Of a stretch of DNA of 64,000 bases, positions 19,783 to 31,732 are shown piece by piece. Position numbers and translations under genes: made by a program. The notes beneath the pieces are model-generated. The model searched no databases, was not told the DNA's origin, and saw only the letters and a program-made list of their open reading frames with translations. Positions within the stretch are counted from its first letter, which is position 1, and each line of letters starts with the position of its first letter. This stretch comes from Pseudolabrys sp. (GTDB lineage: Bacteria; Pseudomonadota; Alphaproteobacteria; Rhizobiales; Xanthobacteraceae), in NCBI RefSeq assembly GCF_050185995.1, contig NZ_JBFWYW010000005.1. The stretch is one strand, 5' to 3'.

Positions 19783-22263
19783 ATGGGACTTCTAGTGCGG
19801 GTGGTACGAGGGCTGGCCATTTTCTGCGTGGTCCTCGGGGGGCTTCTTGTCGGTCTCGTCAGCATTGGCGTGACCGCATCCGGCGAAGCCGCCGCCCAGA
19901 CTCCGAGCTCGATCGTCGTAGTGGGGAATCGGCGCGTCGAAGCCGAGACCATCCGCTCGTATTTTCATGCCGGCCCGGATGGCCGGCTCAGCGCCGTTGA
20001 GATCGACGAAGGCCTCAAAGGTCTGGTCGCGACCGGCCTGTTCCAGGACGTGCGCATCGATCGTTCGAGCGGCCTGAAGGTGGTTGTCACCGAAAATCCG
20101 GTCATCAACCGCATCGCCTTTGAAGGCAACAAGAAGGCCAAGGACGACCAGCTCAAGACGGAAGTCCAGTCGAAGCCGCGCGGGACGCTGTCGCGTCCGA
20201 TGGTGCAGGCCGACGTGCAACGCATCGTCGAGGTCTATCACCGCAGCGGCCGCTACGACGTCAAGGTCGTGCCGAAGGTCATCGAGCTGCCGAACAACCG
20301 CGTCGATCTCGTGTTCGAGATCAACGAGGGCGACAAGACCACGGTTCAGGAAATCCGCTTCGTCGGCAACAAGTATTACAGCTCCTACCGGCTCAAGGAC
20401 GTCATCAAGACGGCCCAGTCGAACTGGCTGAGCTTCCTGCAGACCACCAATATCTACGATCCCGATCGCCTCGAGGCCGATCGCGACGCGCTGCGCCGCT
20501 TCTACCTGAAGCACGGCTTCGCGGACGTCCGGATCATCTCGGCGGTCGGCGAGTACGATCCCTCCAAGAAGGGCTTCGTCATCACCTTCACGATCGACGA
20601 GGGCGGCCGTTATCACGTGTCCAGCGTCGACGTCGTGTCGAACGTTCGCGCCATCGATCCCAAGTCGTTGCGCTCGCAGCTGCGTCTCGACAAGGGCGAC
20701 ATCTATAACGCCGAGGCGGTCGAGAAGACCGTCGAGAACATGACCATCGAAGCGTCGAAGCGCGGCTATGCCTTCGCGACGGTGCGTCCGAGCGGCGATC
20801 GCAACTTCGACAAGAAGACGATCAACCTCGTCTTCGTGATCGACGAAGGCCCGCGGGTCTACATCGAGCGCATCAATATCCGCGGCAACACCCGCACGCG
20901 CGACTACGTCATCCGCCGCGAATTCGACGTTGGCGAGGGCGATGCCTACAACCGCGCGCTGATCGATCGCGCCGAGCGGCGTCTCAAGAACCTGAACTTC
21001 TTCAAGTCGGTGAAGATCACCAACGAGCCGGGCTCGGCGCCGGACCGTGTGATCATCAACGTGCAGGTCGAGGAGCAGTCGACCGGTCAATTCACGGTCG
21101 GCGGCGGCTATTCGACGACCGACGGCTGGCTCGCCGAAGTCGGCGTGTCGGAGCGCAACCTGCTTGGCCGCGGCCAGCTGGCGCGCGCCAGCGTGCAGTA
21201 CGGCCAGCACACGCGCGGCTTCGAGCTGGGCTTCGTCGAGCCGTACTTCCTCGGCTATCGCCTCGGCGCCGGCGTCGACGTGTTCGTCAAGAACACCACG
21301 GCCTCGTCCTACGTGTCCTATGACACCAAGAGCTACGGCGCCAATTTCAAGCTCGGCTTCGCGCTGACCGAAGAAGTCACGCTGCAGCCGCGCTACTCGA
21401 TCTACCAGCGCGAGCTGGGGCTGCCAGAATACCTGAACAATTGTAAAAATCCGACGACAGCCCCGGCTTCGATGTTTGTTGGCGGTACGCCCGCTGGCTA
21501 CGTTCCGCACCAAATTCCCGTGGTCCGCGGTTTGAATCCTGATGAGTGTTACGCCGACAACGAAGCGAGCCTTGCGGTCCGCAAGGAGCTTTCGCAGGGC
21601 GCGGTCCTGACCTCGCTGCTCGGCTACACCCTCAGCTACAACACGCTCGACAACAACAAGAACCCGACCAGCGGCACCTTCATGTCGTTGAGCCAGGATT
21701 TCGCCGGCGTCGGTGGCGACGTGAACTTCATCCGCACCCAGGCGGACCTCCGCAACTACCGCGAGATCATGCCCGACGTGATCGGTTTCGTCCGGTTGCG
21801 CGGCGGTCATATCGCGAGCTGGGGCGGCAAAGATCTGCGCATGCTCGACCACTTCCAGATGGGCCCGAACCTGGTCCGCGGCTTCGAACCGTCCGGATTT
21901 GGTCCGCGCGACACCTCGCAGCCAAACAGCAGCCAACAGGATTCGCTGGGCGGCAGCATGTACTGGGGCGCGACCGCAGAAGTTCAGGTGCCGGTGTTCT
22001 GGTTCCCGAAGGAGATCGGCATCAAGCTCGCCGGCTTCGTCGATGCCGGTTCGCTGTGGAACTACAAGGGACCGACCTCCTGGGATGTGACCGGCGAAAC
22101 CCTGAGCGTGGCCGACTCCTCGTCGATCCGCGCTTCGGCGGGTGTCGGTCTGCTCTGGGACTCGCCGCTCGGCCCGCTCCGGTTCGATCTCGCCTTCCCC
22201 TTCATGAAGGAGAGCTACGACAAGACGCAGGTCTTCCGGTTCAGCGGCGGCACGACGTTCTGA
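19783..22263 (+). CDS. bamA: Outer membrane protein assembly factor BamA
   Basis: POTRA repeats ([28 protein letters not shown]), VRGFE motif in loop 6, C-terminal F. Confidence 0.96.
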   Translation: MGLLVRVVRGLAIFCVVLGGLLVGLVSIGVTASGEAAAQTPSSIVVVGNRRVEAETIRSYFHAGPDGRLSAVEIDEGLKGLVATGLFQDVRIDRSSGLKVVVTENPVINRIAFEGNKKAKDDQLKTEVQSKPRGTLSRPMVQADVQRIVEVYHRSGRYDVKVVPKVIELPNNRVDLVFEINEGDKTTVQEIRFVGNKYYSSYRLKDVIKTAQSNWLSFLQTTNIYDPDRLEADRDALRRFYLKHGFADVRIISAVGEYDPSKKGFVITFTIDEGGRYHVSSVDVVSNVRAIDPKSLRSQLRLDKGDIYNAEAVEKTVENMTIEASKRGYAFATVRPSGDRNFDKKTINLVFVIDEGPRVYIERINIRGNTRTRDYVIRREFDVGEGDAYNRALIDRAERRLKNLNFFKSVKITNEPGSAPDRVIINVQVEEQSTGQFTVGGGYSTTDGWLAEVGVSERNLLGRGQLARASVQYGQHTRGFELGFVEPYFLGYRLGAGVDVFVKNTTASSYVSYDTKSYGANFKLGFALTEEVTLQPRYSIYQRELGLPEYLNNCKNPTTAPASMFVGGTPAGYVPHQIPVVRGLNPDECYADNEASLAVRKELSQGAVLTSLLGYTLSYNTLDNNKNPTSGTFMSLSQDFAGVGGDVNFIRTQADLRNYREIMPDVIGFVRLRGGHIASWGGKDLRMLDHFQMGPNLVRGFEPSGFGPRDTSQPNSSQQDSLGGSMYWGATAEVQVPVFWFPKEIGIKLAGFVDAGSLWNYKGPTSWDVTGETLSVADSSSIRASAGVGLLWDSPLGPLRFDLAFPFMKESYDKTQVFRFSGGTTF

Positions 22264-22300
22264 TCGCAGCTTCCGGCCGGCTCGCGCGGCCGTACAACGC

Positions 22301-23365
22301 ATGACCGCTTGTGTCTTCTTCAGGCGAGGCCCGGGCCTCTCGGTTGCCGATATCGCCGCGCTGACGGGAGCCGAGCCGCGCGGCGCGGTGGCCTTGGAGG
22401 ACCGCATCGACGGCATCGCGCCGCTCGAAACCGCCGGTCCTCGCGATCTCGCCTTCATCGACCAGCCGAAATTCGAGCGGCATCTGGCGTCGACACAGGC
22501 CGGCGTTTGTCTTGCGACCGAACGCTTCGCCGGCGGGGTGCCGGCCGGCGTCAATGTGCTGGTCGCGAAGAATCCCTATTCCGGTTTCGTCGCCGTCGCG
22601 CATGCGCTGTTTCCGCAGGCCTTGCGCCCGTCCTCGCTGTTCGAGGCGGAGGGCATTGCGAGCGATGCGACGATCCATCCGACCGCGCGGCTCGAAAGCG
22701 GCGTCACCGTCGAGGCCGGTGCCGTCATCGGCCCGCGTGTCGAGATCGGGGCCGGCAGCATTGTCGGTCCGCTCGCCGTCATCGGGCCGGACAGCCGGAT
22801 CGGCCGGGATTGCACGGTCGGCGCCGGGGCGGTGATCACCCATGCGCTGATCGGCGACCGGGTCATCCTTCATTCGGGCTGCCGGATCGGCCAGGACGGT
22901 TACGGCTATCATCCCGGCCCGAAGGGACTCCAGAAAGTTCCACAGGTCGGCCGCGTCATCGTTCAGGACGATGTCGAGATCGGCGCGAATTCCACAGTGG
23001 ACCGCGGCAGCATGCGCGACACCGTGATCGGCGAGGGCACCAAGATCGACAATCTGGTGCAGATCGCCCATAACGTCGTGATCGGTCGCCACTGCATCAT
23101 CGTTTCGCAGACCGGAGTTTCCGGCAGCGTGACGGTCGGCGACCGGGCCATGTTGGGGGGGCAGGTCGGTCTTGCCGACAATCTGACCATTGGCGAAGGC
23201 GCGCAAATCGCCGCCAAGGCCGGCGTCATGACCGACGTGCCCGACGGCGGCCGCTGGGGCGGTGCGCCGGCGCAGCCGCTGCGGGAATTCTTCCGCCTTC
23301 AGGTGGCGCTGCAGAAGCTGATCGAGAAGAAACCCGCCGCGCGCGACAAGGACAAGGCCGAATGA
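22301..23365 (+). CDS. lpxD: UDP-3-O-acyl-glucosamine N-acyltransferase
   Basis: Hexapeptide repeats, [17 protein letters not shown] and [13 protein letters not shown]. Confidence 0.95.
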   Translation: MTACVFFRRGPGLSVADIAALTGAEPRGAVALEDRIDGIAPLETAGPRDLAFIDQPKFERHLASTQAGVCLATERFAGGVPAGVNVLVAKNPYSGFVAVAHALFPQALRPSSLFEAEGIASDATIHPTARLESGVTVEAGAVIGPRVEIGAGSIVGPLAVIGPDSRIGRDCTVGAGAVITHALIGDRVILHSGCRIGQDGYGYHPGPKGLQKVPQVGRVIVQDDVEIGANSTVDRGSMRDTVIGEGTKIDNLVQIAHNVVIGRHCIIVSQTGVSGSVTVGDRAMLGGQVGLADNLTIGEGAQIAAKAGVMTDVPDGGRWGGAPAQPLREFFRLQVALQKLIEKKPAARDKDKAE

Positions 23366-23811
23366 GCGATACGATCGACGCCGTTGGAATTCAGGGCATT
23401 CTCAAGGCGCTGCCGCATCGTTATCCGTTCCTGATGGTCGACAAGGTCATCAACATCAACGGCGAGCAGAGCGCGATTGGGATCAAGAACTGCACCTACA
23501 ACGAGCCGCATTTTCAGGGGCACTTTCCGGACAATCCGATCATGCCGGGCGTGCTGCTGCTGGAAGGCATGGCGCAGACGGCGGGCGTGCTTTGCGTGCT
23601 CGCCTCGCAGCACCAGAACTTCAAATACGTGTTCTTCATGACGATCGATCAGGCGAAGTTCCGCCGGCCGGTCGTCCCCGGCGATGTCGTCGAATTCCAC
23701 ATGGACATGCAGAAGAAGCGCAAGAACATGTGGTGGTATCGCGGCGAAGCCCGGGTTGGCGGCGAAGTCGCGGCCGAGGCGATCCTCGGCGCGATGATGC
23801 GCGAAGGTTGA
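23362..23811 (+). CDS. fabZ: 3-hydroxyacyl-ACP dehydratase
   Basis: [11 protein letters not shown] and [22 protein letters not shown]. Confidence 0.96.
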   Translation: MSDTIDAVGIQGILKALPHRYPFLMVDKVININGEQSAIGIKNCTYNEPHFQGHFPDNPIMPGVLLLEGMAQTAGVLCVLASQHQNFKYVFFMTIDQAKFRRPVVPGDVVEFHMDMQKKRKNMWWYRGEARVGGEVAAEAILGAMMREG

Positions 23812-23818
23812 TGCCGTC

Positions 23819-24628
23819 ATGACAACGATCGATCCGACCGCGCGGGTCGCCTCCGGTGCGGTGATCGGCAAGGACGTTTCGATCGGTCCCTATGCGATCG
23901 TCGGACCGAATGTGGTCATCGGAGACGGCTGCGAAATTCACGGCCATGTCAATCTCGCCGGCCACACCGAGCTTGGACCGCGCAACCAGGTGTTTTCCTT
24001 CGCGTCGATCGGCAGCCCGCCGCAGTCGGTGCACCACAAGGGTGAGCCGACCCGGCTGATCGTCGGCTCGGACGGCGTGTTTCGTGAAGGCGTGACGATC
24101 AATACCGGCACCGCCGGCGGCAAGGGCATCACCGTCATCGGCAACAACTGCTTCATGATGACGGGTGCGCACGTCGCGCATGATTGCGTGGTGGGCGATC
24201 ACGTCACGTTTGCCAACAATGCGACGCTCGGCGGCTTTGCCGAAATCGGCGACAATGTGTTTCTCGGCGGGCTCTGCGCCGTGCATCAGTTCACCCGCGT
24301 CGGCGAACTGGCGATGATCGGCGGGCTGGTCGGCGTCACCTCCGACATCATTCCCTATGCGATCGTCATCGGCCACCGCAGCAATCTTGCCGGTATCAAT
24401 CGCGTCGGCTTGCGCCGCCGCGGCCTCTCCGGCGAGGCGATCCGCAATGTCTATCGCGGCTACCGCGCGATCTTCGAGGGCACGGGTCCGCTGAAACAGC
24501 GCACCGACAAGGTCGCGGCCGACTTCGCCGGCGATGCCTATGTCATGCGCATGGTCGAGTTCATCCGCGCCGGCAACGCGCGCCGGATCGCCGGGCCGCG
24601 CAGCGCCGGCGCGTCGGACGAAGACTGA
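23819..24628 (+). CDS. lpxA: Acyl-ACP--UDP-GlcNAc O-acyltransferase
   Basis: Hexapeptide repeats, HVAHDC, GGLCAVHQF and GINRVGLRRRG. Confidence 0.95.
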   Translation: MTTIDPTARVASGAVIGKDVSIGPYAIVGPNVVIGDGCEIHGHVNLAGHTELGPRNQVFSFASIGSPPQSVHHKGEPTRLIVGSDGVFREGVTINTGTAGGKGITVIGNNCFMMTGAHVAHDCVVGDHVTFANNATLGGFAEIGDNVFLGGLCAVHQFTRVGELAMIGGLVGVTSDIIPYAIVIGHRSNLAGINRVGLRRRGLSGEAIRNVYRGYRAIFEGTGPLKQRTDKVAADFAGDAYVMRMVEFIRAGNARRIAGPRSAGASDED

Positions 24629-24635
24629 CGCGGCC

Positions 24636-25541
24636 ATGCCCGCCTCCGCGCCCATCGCCGCTTCGGCCGCCCGGACGCAGGCGCTTGGGACGCCGGAGAT
24701 CGGCCCGCTCGGCATCATCTGCGGCGGCGGCGTTGCCCCGGCGGCGGTCGCCGATGTCGTGGTCAAGAGCGGCCGGCCGGTGATGCTGTTTCCGTTCCGG
24801 GGCTTCGCCAGCGCGGCGGACGTCGAACGGTTTCCTCACGAGTGGATCGCGCTCGGCCAGTTCGGCCGTTTCAAGCGGCTCGCCCGGCGCCACGGTTGCC
24901 GCGATTTCATCTGGATCGGCGGCCTGACGCGGCCACGGATCGGTCAGCTCCGCTTCGATCTCGGCACGATGCTGATGCTGCCGGACATTATTCGGGCGTT
25001 TCGCGGCGGCGACAATCATATGCTGACGACGCTCGGCGCGTTTTTCGAGCGCCACGGCTTTCGTATTCTCGCCGTTGCGGACGTCGCGCCGGAGATGTTG
25101 GCGCCGGAAGGTGTGATGACCGCGCGCGCACCGACGCCCGAAGACCGGGCGGACATCGAGAAAGGGCTCGATCTGATTGCAACCATCAGCCGGTTCGACG
25201 TCGGCCAGGGCGCGATTGTCGCGCGCAATCATGTGCTCGCCATCGAGGGCATTGAAGGCACCGATGGCATGCTTCGCCACGCTGCCGCGCTCCGGGATGC
25301 CGGCCGCATTCGCAGCGGCGAGCGCACCGGCGTGCTGGTGAAGATGCCGAAACGAGGGCAGGACCTGCGTTTCGATCTGCCGGCCGTCGGACCGGACACC
25401 GTCGCGGGCGTCGCCGCCGCCGGATTCGGCGGCATTGCTGTCGCTGCCGGACGAACCATTGTGGTCGATATCGCCCGCGTCGTCGCCGATGCGGATCGCG
25501 CCGGTCTGTTCGTGATCGGGGTCAAGGCGCGGGAGGCTTGA
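24636..25541 (+). CDS. lpxI: UDP-2,3-diacylglucosamine hydrolase LpxI (DUF1009)
   Basis: GGDNHML, FDVGQG, LAIEGIEGTD, VKMPKRGQDLRFDLPAVGP; located between lpxA and lpxB. Confidence 0.9.
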   Translation: MPASAPIAASAARTQALGTPEIGPLGIICGGGVAPAAVADVVVKSGRPVMLFPFRGFASAADVERFPHEWIALGQFGRFKRLARRHGCRDFIWIGGLTRPRIGQLRFDLGTMLMLPDIIRAFRGGDNHMLTTLGAFFERHGFRILAVADVAPEMLAPEGVMTARAPTPEDRADIEKGLDLIATISRFDVGQGAIVARNHVLAIEGIEGTDGMLRHAAALRDAGRIRSGERTGVLVKMPKRGQDLRFDLPAVGPDTVAGVAAAGFGGIAVAAGRTIVVDIARVVADADRAGLFVIGVKAREA

Positions 25542-26698
25542 GCGTGCCGCGTCCGCTGAGGGTCTTTCTCGTCGCGGCCGAGGAATCCGGCGACCGGCTC
25601 GGCGCGCCGCTGATGCGGGCGCTGCGCAGCATGCGGCCGGAGGTCGAATTTACCGGCGTCGGCGGCGCGCAAATGACGGCGCAGGGCATTACGCCGCCGT
25701 TCCCGATCGACGAATTGTCGATCATGGGCTTCACGTCGATCCCCGCAAAACTCCCGAACATTCTGCGCCGCATCCGGCAGACCGCGGCAGCGGTCGCCGC
25801 CGCAAAGCCGGACGTGCTGGTCATCATCGACAGTCCCGATTTCACCCACCGTGTCGCGCGCCGCGTCCGCACGGCGATGCCGGACCTGCCGATTGTCGAT
25901 TACGTCTCGCCGAGCGTGTGGGCCTGGCGGCCCGGTCGCGCCAAAGCGATGCGCGCTTATGTTGACCATGTGCTGGCGCTTCTGCCATTCGAGCCGGAGG
26001 CGCATCGGCGGCTTGGCGGACCGGCCTGCACTTATGTCGGCCATCCGATGATCGAGCGGATCGCTGAACTGCGGCCGAACACGGACGAAGCCCGCCGACG
26101 CGAGGCCTCACCGCCGGTGCTGCTGGTGATGCCCGGCAGCCGTCGCGGCGAGTTGAAATACATGCTGCCGATCTTCGAGCAGACGGTCGCGCAAGTCGCG
26201 GCGACAGTGGGGCCTCTTGAGGTTGTGATCGCGGCGGTGCCGCGTCTTGCCGCCGGCATCGAAAGCGTCGTTGCATCGTGGCGTGTGCGTCCGCGCCTCG
26301 CGGTGACGCAGGAGGATCGGGACGCCGCATTTCGCGCCGCCCGCGCAGCGCTGGTCAAATCCGGGACCGGCACGCTGGAACTGGCGCTCGCCGGGGTGCC
26401 GATGGTGGCGTCCTACAAAGGCTCGGCGATCGAGGCGTTTATCGCGCGGCGCCTGGTCAAGGTTCCGACCGTGATCCTCGCCAATCTGGTGCTGGGCGAG
26501 AAGGTCGTGCCGGAATTCCTGCAGGAGGATGCCGAGCCGGGACGAATGGCGGCGGCGCTTGCGCCTCTGCTTGGCGACACTGCGGAACGCACCCGGCAGG
26601 TCGAAGCTTTCAACCGTCTCGACGCGATCATGGAAATTGGAACGGCGCGGCCCAGTGACCGCGCCGCTGAAATCGTTCTCAAAGCCGCAGAGGGCTGA
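25538..26698 (+). CDS. lpxB: Lipid-A-disaccharide synthase
   Basis: AAEESGD, IIDSPDF, YVSPSVWAWR, LLPFE, MPGSRRGE and KSGTGTLE; TTG start overlaps the lpxI stop. Confidence 0.95.
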   Translation: MSVPRPLRVFLVAAEESGDRLGAPLMRALRSMRPEVEFTGVGGAQMTAQGITPPFPIDELSIMGFTSIPAKLPNILRRIRQTAAAVAAAKPDVLVIIDSPDFTHRVARRVRTAMPDLPIVDYVSPSVWAWRPGRAKAMRAYVDHVLALLPFEPEAHRRLGGPACTYVGHPMIERIAELRPNTDEARRREASPPVLLVMPGSRRGELKYMLPIFEQTVAQVAATVGPLEVVIAAVPRLAAGIESVVASWRVRPRLAVTQEDRDAAFRAARAALVKSGTGTLELALAGVPMVASYKGSAIEAFIARRLVKVPTVILANLVLGEKVVPEFLQEDAEPGRMAAALAPLLGDTAERTRQVEAFNRLDAIMEIGTARPSDRAAEIVLKAAEG

Positions 26699-28009
<1,311 letters not shown>

Positions 28010-28235
28010 GATCGGGCCCTCGAAGGCGGGTGGAACCGGCCCGCCCGGTTGTGCACCGGTGGGCAAGCGGATCGGCGGTTCGTCGCCATCCGCGAAGCGT
28101 GTCGTCTGCCTAACTCATAGGAATGTGCACTGCAAGATAGCGCAATGCAGGGCTTTCCGCCATGCGAGGCGGAGCTTCCCGGCGTTTCTGCGGGGTGAAA
28201 CCGGGGGACAAGAGGGCGCCGGGCCGCCGCCCCGG

Positions 28236-29657
28236 TCAGGAAATCTGGTCCTGCAGCCGCGCGAGCGTCTCCTCGCGGCCGAGCAGGTTCAGCACTTCGA
28301 AAATCGGCGGCGAGGTGGTGCGTCCGGTCAGCGCCGCGCGCAGCGGCTGGGCGACGGCGCCGAGCTTCAGCCCGGCCTGTTCGGCAAAGGCGCGGACCCG
28401 CGCCTCGGTCGCGGCCGCGCTCCAGTCGTCGCCGTCGGCCAGCTGTCGGGTCAGCCCGGACAAGATGGTCCTGGCCTCGGCCGTCAGCAGGCTGCGGGCC
28501 TGCTCGTCCGGCTCGATCGGCCGGCTTGCCCAGAGAAAGCGCGAACCGGCGAACAGCTCGACCAGCGTCTTGGCGCGCTCCTTCAGGCTCGGCATCGCAG
28601 CGATCAGCGAGGCGCGCAGCGCCGGAGTCATCTTGGCGATCAGTTCTTCGCCGCCGGCGATGTGCGGTAACAGGCCTTCCAGCGCCGCGACCAGATCGGC
28701 ATCCGGCGTCGCGCGCATATAGTGGCCGTTGAGGCTCTCGAGCTTTGCGAAGTCGAACCGCGCCGGCGAACGGCCGATACTCTGGAGGTTGAAGGCCGCC
28801 ACCATCTCCCCGGTCGAAAAGATCTCCTGGTCGCCGTGGCTCCAGCCGAGACGGACCAGATAGTTCCGCATCGCTTCTGGGAGGTAGCCCATGGCGCGGT
28901 AGGCATCGACGCCGAGCGCGCCGTGGCGTTTCGACAGCTTCGAGCCGTCGGGGCCGTGGATCAGCGGAATATGCGCCATCACCGGCACCTGCCAGCCGAG
29001 TGCGTCGTAGATGTGCTTTTGCCGCGCGCCGTTGGTCAGATGGTCGTCGCCGCGGATGATGTGGGTGACGCCCATGTCGTGATCGTCGACCACCACCGCG
29101 AGCATATAGGTCGGGCTGCCGTCCGAGCGCAGCAGGACGAGGTCGTCGAGATCGGCGTTCTGCCAGACGACGCGGCCCTGCACCTGGTCCTCGATGACCG
29201 TCTCGCCGGTCTGCGGCGCCTTGAGGCGGATCACCGGCTTGACGCCGGGGGGCGCCTCGGAAGGGTCGCGGTCGCGCCAGCGGCCGTCATAAAGCCGGGC
29301 GCGGCCCTCGCGGCGGGCCGCCTCGCGCATCGCGGTCAGTTCCTCGGGGCTCGCGTAGCAGCGGTAGGCCATGCCGGCGGCGAGCAACTGCTCGACCACT
29401 TCGCGGTGACGGGCGGCGCGGCCGTGCTGGAAGACGATGTCGCCGTCCCAGGACAGGCCGAGCCAGGTTAGCCCCTCGATGATCGCGTTGATGGCGGCGG
29501 TGGTCGAGCGCTCGCGGTCGGTGTCCTCGATCCGCAGCAGCATCGTGCCGCCACGGGCGCGGGCGAACAGCCAGTTGAACAGGGCCGTTCGTCCGCCGCC
29601 GATATGGAGGAAGCCGGTCGGGGACGGCGCAAATCGGGTGACGACAGGGTCGCTCAT
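28236..29657 (-). CDS. gltX: Glutamate--tRNA ligase
   Basis: [14 protein letters not shown] and KLSKRHG; start moved to ATG 29657. Confidence 0.96.
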   Translation of the reverse strand: MSDPVVTRFAPSPTGFLHIGGGRTALFNWLFARARGGTMLLRIEDTDRERSTTAAINAIIEGLTWLGLSWDGDIVFQHGRAARHREVVEQLLAAGMAYRCYASPEELTAMREAARREGRARLYDGRWRDRDPSEAPPGVKPVIRLKAPQTGETVIEDQVQGRVVWQNADLDDLVLLRSDGSPTYMLAVVVDDHDMGVTHIIRGDDHLTNGARQKHIYDALGWQVPVMAHIPLIHGPDGSKLSKRHGALGVDAYRAMGYLPEAMRNYLVRLGWSHGDQEIFSTGEMVAAFNLQSIGRSPARFDFAKLESLNGHYMRATPDADLVAALEGLLPHIAGGEELIAKMTPALRASLIAAMPSLKERAKTLVELFAGSRFLWASRPIEPDEQARSLLTAEARTILSGLTRQLADGDDWSAAATEARVRAFAEQAGLKLGAVAQPLRAALTGRTTSPPIFEVLNLLGREETLARLQDQIS

Positions 29658-29865
29658 CGCGGGCGCGATGTACCACAATTGGGCCAACCGTCCACGCTAT
29701 TTAAGGCTTGGGTCACTTAACGGTCCGGCGACCCTGAGGGGCGACAAGCCTTTCCCTGCGGCGGCAGATTTGGCAGATAGGCCGGGCAAAAGCGCGTTGA
29801 CGCGCGTCTTCAACGCGCCAGGCGAGCGGTTTGCGCCGCAGGGCGAATTCTGGGATTCAAGCACG

Positions 29866-31563
29866 ATGGCGAAGGACGATTCGGCGGCCGGCACCACGAC
29901 GGCCGGAGAGGCACCAGTCCGCGATTTCATCCGCGATATCGTCGCGGGCGATCTCGCCGCCAAGCGCCATGCCGGGGTCGTCACCCGCTTTCCGCCCGAG
30001 CCGAACGGCTACCTGCATATCGGCCACGCCAAGTCGATCTGCCTGAATTTCGGCCTCGCCGAGGAGTTCGGCGGACGCTGCCACCTGCGCTTCGACGACA
30101 CCAACCCGGCCAAGGAAGAGCAGGAATATATCGACGCGATCATTCGCGACGTCCACTGGCTCGGTTTCGACTGGGGCAAGCACCTCCACTACGCCTCGGA
30201 CTATTTCGAGACGCTCTACGCCTGGGCGGAGGGCCTGATCCGCGCCGGCAAGGCCTATGTCGACGACCAGAGCCACGAGGAGATGCGCGTCAATCGCGGT
30301 ACGCTCACCGAGCCCGGCAAGAACAGCCCGTTCCGAAACCGCAGCGCCGAGGAAAACCTCGACCTGTTCCGCCGCATGCGCGCCGGCGAATATCCGAACG
30401 GCGCGCGCGTGCTGCGCGCCAAGATCGACATGGCGTCGGGCAACATCAACCTGCGCGATCCGGTGCTGTATCGCATCCTGCACGCGAAGCATCCGCGCAC
30501 CGGCGACAAGTGGTGCATCTATCCGAGCTACGATTATGCGCACGGTCAGTCGGACGCGATCGAAGGCATCACGCATTCGATCTGCACGCTGGAATTCGAG
30601 GATCACCGTCCGCTCTATGAGTGGCTGCTCGACAATCTTCCGGTGCCGTCGAACCCGCGGCAGTACGAATTCGCGCGTCTCAATCTCGGCTACACGGTGC
30701 TGTCGAAGCGCGTGCTCACCATGCTGGTGCGCGACGGCCATGTGAAGGGCTGGGACGATCCGCGCATGCCGACGCTCGCCGGCTTGCGCCGCCGTGGCGT
30801 GCCGCCGGAGGCGATCCGCGATTTCATCAAGCGCATCGGCGTCGCGAAAGCGAACAGCGTCGTCGATGTCGGCATGCTCGAGTTCTCGATCCGCGAGGCG
30901 TTGAAGTCGGCGCCGCGCCGCATCGGCGTGCTGCGTCCGTTGAAGCTCGTGATCGAGAATTATCCGGAAGGACAGACCGAGCAGTTGCCGGCCGCCAACC
31001 ACCCGGACGACCCCGCAGCCGGCACGCGCATGGTCACCTTCGGCCGCGAGCTTTGGATCGAGCGCGACGACTTCATGGAAAATCCGCCGAAGAAATTCTT
31101 CCGTCTCGCGCCGGGCGCGGAGGTGCGGCTGCGCTACGCTTACTTCGTCACCTGCCGCGAGGTCGTCAAGAACGCGGCGGGCGAGGTGATCGAACTGCGC
31201 TGCACCTACGACCCCGCGACCAAGGGCGGCGACGCGCCGGATGGCCGCAAGGTGAAGGGCACCATTCACTGGCTGTCGGCGAAGGACGCCGTGCAGGCGG
31301 AGGTGCGGCTCTACAATCCGCTGTTCAAGTCGCCGGACCCGCCGGGCGGCGAGAACTTCGCCGCCGACCTCAATCCGGAGTCGCTCGAGATTGTCGCGGA
31401 CGCTCGCGTCGAACCGGCGCTCGCGACCGCGAACAACACCGCGCCGGTGCAGTTCGAGCGGCTCGGCTATTTCTGCCGCGACGTCGATGCGACCCGCGAG
31501 AAGCCGGTGTTCAACCGCACCATCGGCCTGCGCGACAGTTGGGCCAAAGAGCGCACAACGTAA
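29866..31563 (+). CDS. glnS: Glutamine--tRNA ligase
   Basis: [54 protein letters not shown] and QFERLGYF; start moved to ATG 29866. Confidence 0.94.
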   Translation: MAKDDSAAGTTTAGEAPVRDFIRDIVAGDLAAKRHAGVVTRFPPEPNGYLHIGHAKSICLNFGLAEEFGGRCHLRFDDTNPAKEEQEYIDAIIRDVHWLGFDWGKHLHYASDYFETLYAWAEGLIRAGKAYVDDQSHEEMRVNRGTLTEPGKNSPFRNRSAEENLDLFRRMRAGEYPNGARVLRAKIDMASGNINLRDPVLYRILHAKHPRTGDKWCIYPSYDYAHGQSDAIEGITHSICTLEFEDHRPLYEWLLDNLPVPSNPRQYEFARLNLGYTVLSKRVLTMLVRDGHVKGWDDPRMPTLAGLRRRGVPPEAIRDFIKRIGVAKANSVVDVGMLEFSIREALKSAPRRIGVLRPLKLVIENYPEGQTEQLPAANHPDDPAAGTRMVTFGRELWIERDDFMENPPKKFFRLAPGAEVRLRYAYFVTCREVVKNAAGEVIELRCTYDPATKGGDAPDGRKVKGTIHWLSAKDAVQAEVRLYNPLFKSPDPPGGENFAADLNPESLEIVADARVEPALATANNTAPVQFERLGYFCRDVDATREKPVFNRTIGLRDSWAKERTT

Positions 31564-31582
31564 CGCGCGGCTTTCCTCCGTC

Positions 31583-31666
31583 GTCATGCTCCGCGAAGGC
31601 GGGGCATCCAGTAATCACCGTAGACGGTTGTATTTACTGGATCGCCCGGTCAAGCCGGGCGATGAC
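31583..31666. repeat. REP/REPIN-like composite palindrome (two inverted GTCAT-type REP units)
   Basis: GTCATGCTCCGCGAAGGCGGGGCATCCAGTA, spacer, TACTGGATCGCCCGGTCAAGCCGGGCGATGAC. Each arm has its own hairpin, and the arms are complementary at GTCAT/ATGAC and ATCCAGTA/TACTGGAT. Confidence 0.8.
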
Positions 31667-31732
31667 AGGTGAGGATGCCCATGTAAACTGTCCCCCGGAC
31701 CGGCCCAAGTTTTGGGTTGCCTGGGGACTGGG

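Noticed and set aside
22263-22301. No skp/ompH between bamA and lpxD, and no rnhB after lpxB
   Set aside because: Usual gene order for Hyphomicrobiales; no remnant sequence is present.
29701-29721. TTAA...TTAAC near gltX as a CtrA box
   Set aside because: Spacer is 12 nt, not 7.
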